Of a stretch of DNA of 64,000 nucleotides, positions 13,082 through 24,169 are shown one piece after another (positions within the stretch are counted from its first letter, which is position 1; each line of letters begins with the position of its first letter). The position numbers and the translations under genes are program-made. The notes below the pieces were generated by a model. The model worked only from the letters and a program-made list of their open reading frames with translations, did not search any database and had not been told where the DNA came from. This stretch comes from Eledone cirrhosa (taxonomy: Eukaryota), in contig OZ024743.1 of the NCBI GenBank assembly GCA_964016885.1, positions 317,440,001 through 317,504,000 of the forward strand, written 5' to 3'.

Positions 13082-14059
13082 CTAGCAGTAAAGCCCGGCG
13101 TTGCTCGGGGTCGCTCAGTAGCTGTGTTAAAGTTACAATGTTAAGTTTCTTTCTTAGCTTAAAAACTGTAGTGTCTACTGTGCAGACTTGCATGTGGTGT
13201 TTTTGATTAATATTCCCTCAACCAACAATATGCCTTATGAAGTTAAGAAAACATAACGATAACCCGAATGTTATAACAAAAGAGGATGCTGGGGATAGAA
13301 ACTGCACTGGTTATTTATTAACAAAGATCGAAAATGTAAACACTGCAACGCAGAGAAAAACATTAGCGTAACCAAATTATCAGTTATGTCTGTCTGCACA
13401 CCTATATCACCTCTCTGCACGACTATCTGTCTGCACGCCTATATCACCTCTCTGCACGACTGTCTGTCTGCACGCCTATATCACCTCTCTGCACGCCTAT
13501 ATCACCTCTCTGCACGACTGTCTGTCTGCACGCGTATATCACCTCTCTGCACGACTGTCTGTCTGCACGCGTATATCACCTCTCTGCACGACTGTCTGTC
13601 TGCACGACTGTCTGTCTGCACGCCTAACGACGAAATATTTGCTTGTTTTACGTAGTCTTTAAATAGACTTGTTTTCAAGTAAAAATATTGTTTTAAAATG
13701 CTTTTAAATGGAAATGAAGCAAAACGGAAGCTTAGTGTTCGAACTGATGAATTTTGCAGGTCAATATTTTGCTGGCTCGACAACTGTTAATGTCATTTTA
13801 AACGCTGAGAAAGCCAGCGTAATTTTTTACGTAAGACGCTCAATGTAAACAGAACAAAGGGAAATAACTGATAACTTACGCTCAAAAATCGATACATTAT
13901 ATTCGATTTCGTCACATAGGGTGGGTCAATTTGAAATATTTTTTTTTCCGATGTCTTCGCTAGGGCTCAATGTACAAGTATAGCAATTTCGGTGCAATTC
14001 CGTGAGAGATTCTAAGAGGAGATGTGTGCCAAAAATCGATAGACAGACAGACAACCACA

Positions 14060-14065
<6 letters not shown>
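13082..14065 (-). mobile_element. Non-autonomous Helitron-like element with internal minisatellite (13386-13625)
   Basis: On the minus strand it starts with a (GTCT)n microsatellite near the 5' end and ends in the hairpin CCCGAGCAACGCCGGG followed by CTAG|T. Confidence 0.7.
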
Positions 14066-14109
<44 letters not shown>

Positions 14110-14116
14110 TAGTATG

Positions 14117-14149
<33 letters not shown>

Positions 14150-14154
14150 TAGTA

Positions 14155-14210
<56 letters not shown>

Positions 14211-14764
14211 ATAATAATAAATTTGAAGACTAAAATCCAAAGAGGGCTCGATAAGGATAAATATATATCAAATATATAAGAACCGTAGAGCAAATATTTA
14301 TTAAAATAACAGATTAAAGTTTTGTTTACCTATGGTAAGTTTTTGCGTATGATTGTGTATGTACGTATTTGTTTGCGTGTTTGTATTTATTTATTTCTAT
14401 TACTTCTGTATTGTATTTATTTACTTTGTTCTTAACTCTGTAGCGGAGATTCATCGGTCTCCTAGTTAGAATTAGTCTACGACTTCTGCTATACCATTTA
14501 CGTGCTATTGTTCTCCACGCTCCACATATGACGTATTATCTTCGTTTTTTCGTTTATTGCCAGAGAACGTCTTTATACCATAAAAGTGGTTCTGTCTTTG
14601 CGCGTAATTGCTTTTCACCGCTCCTGTTAATGACGTATTATATTCGTTTTTTCCCGTTCTTAGCCAGCGAACGTTTCCACGAACCAAAGTATCGTCTTCC
14701 TGTCTTCCTCCGGTTGCAACGTTTTTTGAAATATCCAGTTCTGCGTTTACAGATTGACTTTGTT

Positions 14765-14815
14765 AGTTTCAGAAGATCCCGTTAAGGGTGAAAGCAGCGA
14801 TTCTTTGCTTAAACT
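14765..14815 (+). ncRNA. Type I hammerhead motif with full stem III and a CAGAAGA core variant
   Basis: AGTTT-CAGAAGA-tCCC gttaa GGGt-GAAA-GCAG cgattct TTGC-TT-AAACT. Predicted cleavage between 14810 and 14811. Confidence 0.62.
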
Positions 14816-15142
14816 TTAATCTGTTATTTTAATAAATATCATCATTCATCATCAGCTGGATGCCCTTCCTAACACCAACCTCATTTACAGTGAGTGCTGG
14901 GTGCTTTTTTGCCGTGGCACCTCCACGACCACTTTGCAGTGGAATGATATGGACCCCAGTCCCTATCATCTCATTTCTACAGCTGAGTAAACTGGAGCAA
15001 TGTGAAATAAAGTGTCTTGCTCAAGGACACAACACATCACCCGGTCTGAGAATTGAACTTACAACCTTACGATTGCAAGGCCAATGCTCTAACCACTAAG
15101 CCATGTGCCTATATATATATATATATATATAAAAATATAGTA

Positions 15143-15181
<39 letters not shown>

Positions 15182-15186
15182 TAGTA

Positions 15187-15233
<47 letters not shown>

Positions 15234-15250
15234 TAGTAAAATATATAGTA

Positions 15251-15285
<35 letters not shown>

Positions 15286-15288
<3 letters not shown>

Positions 15289-15745
15289 TCATCATCATCA
15301 TTTTACGTCCGCTTTTCCCTGCTTGCAAGGGTGGGACGGGTCTTATTCAGCACAGCATCTCTCCACTCGTCACGGTCCCTTGTCATCTCCACCGTGAGCT
15401 TCAATGATCTGAGGTCTGTTCTCACCACCTCCGCCCATGTTTTTCGTGGTCTACCTCTACCACGCCTTCCTTCAACTGGCATTTCCTGGCACTTCTTCAC
15501 CCATCGGTCATCCTCCATGCGCATCACATGTCCATACCACCTCAGTCTCCTCTCCCGTACACTACATTCTATCCCTCTCAGACACAGTTTCTCTCTCAAC
15601 ACATTTATGCTGGGTCGTTCACGCACATTTACACTGCACATCCAACGGAGCATGCTTGCCTCCTTTCTCTCCAGCCGTCACATATCCTCTGCAGTTGCTG
15701 CCCATGTCTCACTACCATGCAGCATCGCGCTCCTCACACAGGCAT
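15286..15745 (-). mobile_element. 5'-truncated RTE LINE family B
   Basis: ORF 15303-15653 is nearly identical to the C-terminus of 60952-61578. It is inserted in (TA)n. Confidence 0.92.
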
Positions 15746-15775
15746 CTATATATATATATATAAAAATATAGTATG

Positions 15776-15806
<31 letters not shown>

Positions 15807-15955
15807 AGAATTAAAATACTAGAGTGCATTGGAGTAAAACACACTCGTCATATTATAGAAATTACAGTATAGGATATAGCTCAATGTAATACAACAGAGC
15901 CGAAAAATTATAAAAATAGACAAAGAAGCCTTCAATACATCAAAAGTCTTTATTA

Positions 15956-15993
15956 GCCTACAATGTTTCGTCCCATTAAGGACTCATCAGGGC
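15956..15993 (-). ncRNA. Minimal type I hammerhead ribozyme with fully canonical core
   Basis: GCC-CTGATGA-GTCCT taat GGGAC-GAAA-C att G-TA-GGC followed by AATAAA. Stem I extends imperfectly (tttaattgcc/ggctaataaa). GUA cleavage triplet. Confidence 0.85.
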
Positions 15994-16046
15994 AATTAAA
16001 CAGATAAAGACTTTTGATGTATTGAAGGCTTCTTTGTCTATTTTTA

Positions 16047-16082
<36 letters not shown>

Positions 16083-16085
<3 letters not shown>

Positions 16086-17430
16086 TCATCAACGTTTAAC
16101 GTCCGTGTTCCACGCTTGCATGGGTTTGGACGGGGGTTTTCCCACTTGAGGCAAGAGTGATTGTCTTGCTCGCATAGGACTATTTGGCGGGTTTTCTACA
16201 GCTGGATGCCCTTCCTAACACCAACCACATTTACAGTGTGGGGCTGGGAGGTTTTTACCGTGTTGCCTACACGGCCACATTACAGCGTGGACTGTGTCTA
16301 CACGATCTCATTTGTTTCGGCCTGGATGTTGTGGCACCAACATTACTTTACATTGAAAGGGGTGTGTGGATGGGTTGGGGGTGGTGGGAAGGGGGTGTAT
16401 TTTGTTAGAGATGCCTACTGACTGTAGTAGGTTTTACTTTGTATTTAGGTAAGGCGGGTCTTCTCTATTACTGAGTACCGCCAAAGATCTCGGTCCAGTG
16501 ACATTGTCTTGGAGAGGTGTAAGCGTGTGAGGTTGGAATTTATCAGGTCGTCCCAGCTTTTTCTGGGTCTGCCTACTCCGTGGCTACCGTCTATCTTTAT
16601 TGCCCTGCACTTTTTTATACAGCTGTCGTCTTTCATGCGCATCACGTGACCATACCAACGTAGCCTTCTCTCGAGTAAACAACATCTGATCCCTCTTATT
16701 TCTAATTTTTCCCTTAGTTCGTTTATGCTTTGCCGTTCACGTATATTACTATTACACATCCAGCGGAGCATGCAAGCTTCGTTCCTCTCTAGTCTGCGTA
16801 TATCCTCTGCACACAATGCCCAGGTCTCACTGACATGCAACATTGCTGTTCGTATGCAGGCATCATACAGCCTGCCTTTCATTTTTAGGGAGAACCCTTT
16901 AGCGGCTAATAGTGGTATAAGCTCTCTGAACTTTTTCCATCCAGTTCTGACTAGCTACTGTACTTTCAGAGCACCCTCCCCCACTGCTGGTTTTGTCATA
17001 TATATATATATATAAACAGTAATAGAGAAGACCCGCCTTACCTAAATACAAAGTAAAACCTACTACAGTCAGTAGGCACCTCTAACAAAATACACCCCCA
17101 TCCCACTACCCCCACCCCATCCACACCACCCCTGTCAATGTAAAGTTATGTTGGTACCAACATCCAGGCCGAAACAAATGAGGTCGTGTAGGTATCACGA
17201 CCAAAAAACACACAGTCCACGCTGTAATGTGGCCGTGTAGGCAACACGGTAAAATCCTCCCAGTTCCACACTGTAAATGTGGTTGGTGTTAGGAAGGGCA
17301 TCCAGCTGTAGAAAACCCGCCAGACAGTCCTATGCGAGCAAGACAACCACCCTTGCCTCAAGTGGGAAAACTCCCGTCCAAACCCATGCAAGCGTGGAAT
17401 ATGGACGTTAAACGATGATGATGATGATAA
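16083..17430. mobile_element. Two RTE family A copies head-to-head (16083-16995 minus; 17016-17430 plus)
   Basis: ORF 16445-16882. The second copy is the reverse complement of the 3' UTR and ends in gatgatgat. Confidence 0.9.
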
Positions 17431-17439
17431 ATATAGTAT

Positions 17440-17487
<48 letters not shown>

Positions 17488-17524
17488 TAGTATGATATAT
17501 ATATATATATATATAAATATAGTA

Positions 17525-17626
<102 letters not shown>

Positions 17627-17656
17627 TGATATATATATATATATATATATATAGTA

Positions 17657-17922
<266 letters not shown>

Positions 17923-17924
17923 TG

Positions 17925-17955
<31 letters not shown>

Positions 17956-17964
17956 TATATAGTA

Positions 17965-18042
<78 letters not shown>

Positions 18043-18072
18043 TGATATATATATATATATATATATATAGTA

Positions 18073-18112
<40 letters not shown>

Positions 18113-18194
18113 TGATATATATATATATATATATATATAGTATGATATATATATATATATATATAGTATGATATATATATATATATATATAGTA

Positions 18195-18234
<40 letters not shown>

Positions 18235-18264
18235 TGATATATATATATATATATATATATAGTA

Positions 18265-18302
<38 letters not shown>

Positions 18303-18364
18303 TGATATATATATATATATATATATATATAGTATGATATATATATATATATATATATATAGTA

Positions 18365-18400
<36 letters not shown>

Positions 18401-18430
18401 TGATATATATATATATATATATATATAGTA

Positions 18431-18474
<44 letters not shown>

Positions 18475-18589
18475 TACTATATTCAAAGCTGTCATTCTAC
18501 AAGATGTACATATTAGTAAAACAAGATTTAAACATATTTACAAAACATAATAGATGGCAAATAAACTTTTCTTTCAGAGAAGGAAGAAA

Positions 18590-19210
18590 TCGATCCCAGC
18601 ACAACCACCTTACAGGGTGGACCGAGTGCTTTTTGTTGTCACCAGAACAACCACCTAAAGGGTGGACCGAGTGCTTTTTGCCCTGTCACCAGCACAACCA
18701 CCTTACAGGGTGGACCAAGTGCATTTTGTCGTGGCACCAGTACAACCACCCTACAGAGGAGACCGAGTGCTTTTTGCCATGTCACCAGCACAACGACCTT
18801 ACAGAGTGGACTGAGCGCTTTCTGTCTTGGCACCAGTACAGGGTGGACCGAACGCTTTTTGTTCTGTCACCAGCACAACCACCTTACAGGGTAGATCAAA
18901 CGCTTTTTGTTGTTACCAGCACAACCACCTTACAGGGTAGACCAAGTACTTTTTGTTCTGTCACCAGTACAACCACATAACAGGATGTACTGACTGCTTT
19001 TTGTTGTTACCTCACAAGGTGGATTGAGTGCTTTTTGTTGTGTCATCAGCACAACAATTTCACAGGGTAGACTGAGTACTTTTTGTCATGTCATGAGCAT
19101 GACCACTATACAGGGTGAACTGGGAGCCTCCTGAGTCATTAGTACCACCACTTTACAGGGTAGATTGGGTGCTGCCCCTTGTAATATTACCAGCACAACC
19201 ACTTCACAGA
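18590..19210. repeat. Minisatellite, ~46-bp unit, ~13 copies
   Basis: Unit cagcacaaccaccttacagggtggaccgagtgctttttgttgtcac. Related short run at 31130-31265. Confidence 0.88.
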
Positions 19211-19689
19211 ATATGAGAACAAACTTTCTATTTGATAAGACTGGTAATATTTGACAATATTTCAATGTTTAATGTAACAATTATAAAAATATTCATTCTG
19301 TCAGATTAAAAAAAAAGAAATCTTTAAATATATCCCTATGCTTTTTTCACTTACTTTTTACCTATATTTTTTGATTTGTATGGAACTTTAACTCCTTTTT
19401 CAATGACACACACGCACACACACGCACACACTCATGCATTATCCAAACTACTGAGACCCCAATAATTAGTGTATATAGAGTAACTTCCTTTCCTGAACAA
19501 TGGTTCATTGTCTAGCCAGTAGGTGGCTCTCTTGTTAACACATTTCCTTTGTCACATGCCACAAATTCCTCAAAATCCACCAATCAAGAAAATGTCTGCT
19601 CTATCCTATTCCAAATCAAGTTGATTCATCAAAATCTGATGATGATATGTTTTTTTTAAATTCTGTAAACTGGGTTTAAGAGGAATCCA

Positions 19690-19975
19690 AAAAGGTGTGC
19701 AGGAGAGAAGACTGTGTTACTGTGGATATGTGATGCACATGGATGATGATCGCTGGGTGAAGAAGTGCCAAGAAATCTCAGTAGAAGGAAGCTGCAGTAG
19801 AGGTAAACCAAGGAAGACCTGGCCAAAGGTGGTGAGAGCTGATCTCAAATAGCTGCGACTCACAGAGGAGATGATGAAGGAATGAGGCAAGTGGAGAGAT
19901 GCTGTGCTGAAGAGGACCCATCCAATCTATGCAAGCATAGAAAAATGGATGTAAAAATGATGATGATGATGATGA
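19690..19975 (+). mobile_element. Degenerate RTE family B-like 3' end
   Basis: Diverged match to 61320-61600 with stops and a (GAT)n tail. Confidence 0.75.
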
Positions 19976-22900
19976 ACCAGAGGTGAGGAATTGAGAGTTT
20001 ATATATCTTATGTATCTGTTTTAGAATAGGTACACTGTATCCCTACATGTGTTAAGGATCAACTAAAAGGGTTGGAACTTGGAAAGTCTTAATCCATAAA
20101 ACATTGCTTCAAAAAGGACTCCCTAATGAGTATGAAGCCTTTCACAGAGCCTATATGGCTAACTACTGCTTTATCATTTGAAAAATGGCCTTAAAATGTT
20201 AGCTGCCCATAAATATGAATAGAATACTTTATGGTATTTGTTCTTGCTCTCTCCACTCTGAGTTCAAAACTCGCTGATGTCAACTTAGCATTTCATCCTA
20301 TCAAGATCGATAAAAAAAAAGTACCAGTCCATTCTTCTTCTATATCTCTTCTTCACTTCCTCTGTTTATGTTTCTCTAGAAGAAATTGGCTGTGTTAAAT
20401 CTGGTGATGGTATGGGCTCTGCCAGGTTTTAAATGTCCAAGAAACACTGTATGTCAGCACCCCTACAACTCCATCAGGAGTTATGGGCACACAGATACTT
20501 ACAAGGTGAACCAGACACCTTCATAGTATGATGATGGGTCCTCAGTCAGTTTCTATGATGAACATTCAGTGGGTTGATCAATGAGCATCTGATTCATTAA
20601 TTAAAATATAAGTGGTTGAGTATTCCATGGCCACATGTACCCTCAATGTGTACCCTAATCAGTGAAGCACAATATGTGACAAGGCTTGACCTTACAAGTA
20701 TTATTCATCTGATGGGCTTCTACAGTTTCTGTCTACCCATTTTCACTTACAGCTGACATGATAATTCATTATTGAACTAACAACAAAGAATGAAATCAAC
20801 ATAATTTCAATATTCAGATGTTAGTATATGTATGTGGGTGTATGTGAATACATTAGCCAAACTTCAATTGTGTTGACCTGGACATCTGGTACACATGACG
20901 GACACATACATAGCAAAGATGACGCTGCATTCAGAACTTAACTGGAATCGTCACCATCATCATCATTTAACATCTGCTTTCCCTGCTAGCAAGTGTTGGA
21001 TGGGTCTTCATATACCTAATCAGTACTGAACCAGGGCTACTGACCTCTCAGACAGGTTGAGGGGTCTGCATTTCCCTTACATACAGTCTTATGTTCTTGA
21101 GTGCACAGGAGAGGTTGTTATGTCAAATGAAGAGAACCAAAGACAATCTTTACAATACACTGAACAAATGTCAAATACCATTGGTAGATTGAGAAACAAG
21201 TGTAAAAGACAGGAATGCCTGTGAGCAATGATCCCCAATGAATTACTGTAATTCAAAAGCTTAAAGCAGAAAAGGTTTATCAACACCAATCTCGATGACA
21301 CTTCAACCTCAACTGACATTTGTGGCTATGAGTGCAGATCCTGGAGAAACCTGAGCCCACACATGAGAACATGTGCCTAGAAAAGTCATCAGAGGAATGT
21401 CATTATTGATTTGAGAGACATCTGAAGAAGTATATGATTATGTGTATGAGAGAAAGATGCCTATCTTTTATATATGTACAGAATTTGAACTAATATAAAT
21501 GATAAACCACTTCAATATCATTATCATTTTCGTTTTAATGGCTGCTTTCGCTGCTAGCAAGGGTTGGACAGGTCTACATAGACCAAGCCAGTACTGAAGT
21601 TAAGCTACTGACCTCACAGACAGGCTAGGGGGTCATTTCATCATGCTTACGTACGTTCTGAGCACTAAATATTCTGCCCATTCTAAACATTTTAAATTCA
21701 TGCCTTTAAAATTACTAACATATATTTTGGTGTCAAAAGAAAGTTTTCACTTGGTGGTGTTTATTTACATTTCAAGGACATATGAATTAATTACTCTTTA
21801 TATAAGTAGGATTTCAAAGTTTCACTCTAGTGTGTATCGTGTTGTTAATAATGGTGGTGGTGTAGAGGGGCAGTTGAACTAAACAGTTATGTTTCTGAAT
21901 TTGAAAGTTTCAGGCTAGAATGTATTGTGTTGATTGTTGTTGATATAGTCATGAATAATCACCGGATAATCTAGCAGAACAGGTCAGATCTAGAGGAGTA
22001 AGCCTCGATAATAAGTAGTAGTTCATGCAGCAACCATCAGTTTAACCCTTTAGCATTTAAACCGGCCATATCCAGCCAGAATTCTCTCACCTCTTTCTGT
22101 TCAAACTGGCCGTAAGAAGCTGCTCATACTTATGTTAAGGTATTGTTCTCAAAATATATAATATATAATAATATATATAAAAAGGGTGGTGCCTCAGCCG
22201 GATGGCTGGAACAGGTAAAAGAATAATATCAAAATCTCATAGATTCAATATTATGAGATAATTATGTGAGATAAAGTGTTTACCATGAAAATACAATAGT
22301 AAATATAGAATAATGTAAATTCTAAAAGGTTAATTAGATGAGCTCGGCGTCATGAACACCAGCAGCTTCACAGATGATCAACTATTAATTCAACAATGGG
22401 TCGGCACAACTACTCCAGTTAACAGAGAAATCTATGAGTATGCAGGAGTGGCAAACCACATACATTCTAGTCATTAGAAAAAGCAATGCTTCATCTTCGA
22501 TAGAGGATGAATCAAGAAAAAAGAAAGAATAGTGGGAGGGGGGGGGGTTAAACATTTATGTTTCTGGATTTGAAAGTTTCACTATAGAGTGTATTGTGGT
22601 ATTAATAGTGGTAGTGGGTGGGGAATTATGTTTCTGGTTTGTAAGAGCAATAGACTTTCTTTGATTCTTTGAAATGGTGCCAAACACAGAATGGCTTGGT
22701 GACTTCAGCCAATGATTGCTTCTTTAAACAGACTTTCTCACAGAGAAAGAGGTGGGTGGAGCATGATTAAAGAATTAATAAATGAATCAGCAGCTAAAAA
22801 TCACATTCTTTTATTCTTTCGCTGGTTTCAGTCATGAAACTGTGGCCATGCTGTGACACCACCTTCAAATTCATAAGAATAAGACAATTGGTTTGGAATA

Positions 22901-23404
22901 AGATCTAGATAGTAAACATTGGAAAGACATTTCAGGAAGCTAAGAAAATATTTGCCAAATCAGTTAAGCATCAACAAATGGCCCAACAGAATTACTATTG
23001 GCTCAGATTTCTCTTACTTCCAAATAAAACATTGGTAATTTTTTTATGTTCTATTTCAAGAGAGAACAAAGTAATAATTAGTTAGTACAAAATTGAATTA
23101 GAAGATTTTGCCATAACTTTGACTAAATAAAACAGTCTAACAATGGTTTCTGATTTAGGCACAAGGCCAATAATTTAGAGGAGGGGAAAGTCAATTAAAT
23201 CAACTCCAGTGCGTTACTGGTACTTTATTTTATTGACTTCGTAAGTATGAAAGGCAAAGCTAACCTTGGTGGAATTTGAACTCAGAACATAAAGCACCGT
23301 AACTATATGCCACAAAGCATGTTGTCTGACACTCAGTCTTATAATAATGGGGTGAAATATTCTAATTCAATTTTGTACTAATTATTACTTTGAAAGATGG
23401 GCAT

Positions 23405-23476
23405 CAGCACACATGAGAGTCGAACCCACACCTCTTGTTGGTTGTACAAGTATGCTACCATTATGCCAAAGAACCC
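23405..23476 (-). mobile_element. tRNA-like SINE head (not a functional tRNA)
   Basis: A box TGGCATAATGG and B box GGTTCGACTC are present, but the acceptor stem does not pair. Confidence 0.55.
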
Positions 23477-24169
23477 ACCCATCTCCTTCCGTAATTATTA
23501 GGAGCTATAACTTAATAGTGATAGGTAAACAAAGAACATATGTTTATAAAGCGGGTTTGTTCCCATCTCTTTCCGTTCAGTGGGTTTATATATCCCGTTA
23601 TCATTAGACTATATAGTCTAAATAGACTAAATAATATATATTATTTAGTCAAAGTTACAGTGAAGTCTTCTAATTCAATTTTCAAACTTAGCTCGCTATT
23701 TTCTAAACATACATTCTTAGTTAGTACAAGTTTGTGGTCTACATTACTAACATACATATTTGGTTTAAATAGGTACACCATATTCCTGAATGTCATAAAA
23801 AAGTCTAAAGTCTGTCTCAAGACTGGAGGCTCATCAGGCCAGTGCTTATCCTAGTTTCCATGGCATGAAGTGGCTGAGAGTATAAGACTTCCCCTGGACA
23901 GGATACCAGCTATTGCTGATACTCATTTTCAGCTGAGTGCCAGCAACATGAAATGGAATGTTTTGCTCTAGAACATAACACACAACCCAGTCCAGGAATA
24001 GAACCCACAACAATATGATTCTAACACTCTAACACTCTAACCACTAGGCCTCATGCAAAAAATGACTAAAAAGGGTTAGTATCAGAGTGGGCATCCAACC
24101 ATAAAACATTGCCTCAAAAAGTCCTGTCCACCTGATGCCAGTAAGGAAAGGTCAACATAAAAACGATAT

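Noticed and set aside
20528-20594. C/D box snoRNA-like ATGATGA...CTGA
   Set aside because: It is antisense to the host gene, has no convincing terminal stem and overlaps decayed SINE-like sequence.
23405-23476. Possible tRNA gene
   Set aside because: A and B boxes are present but there is no acceptor-stem pairing, so it is treated as a SINE head.
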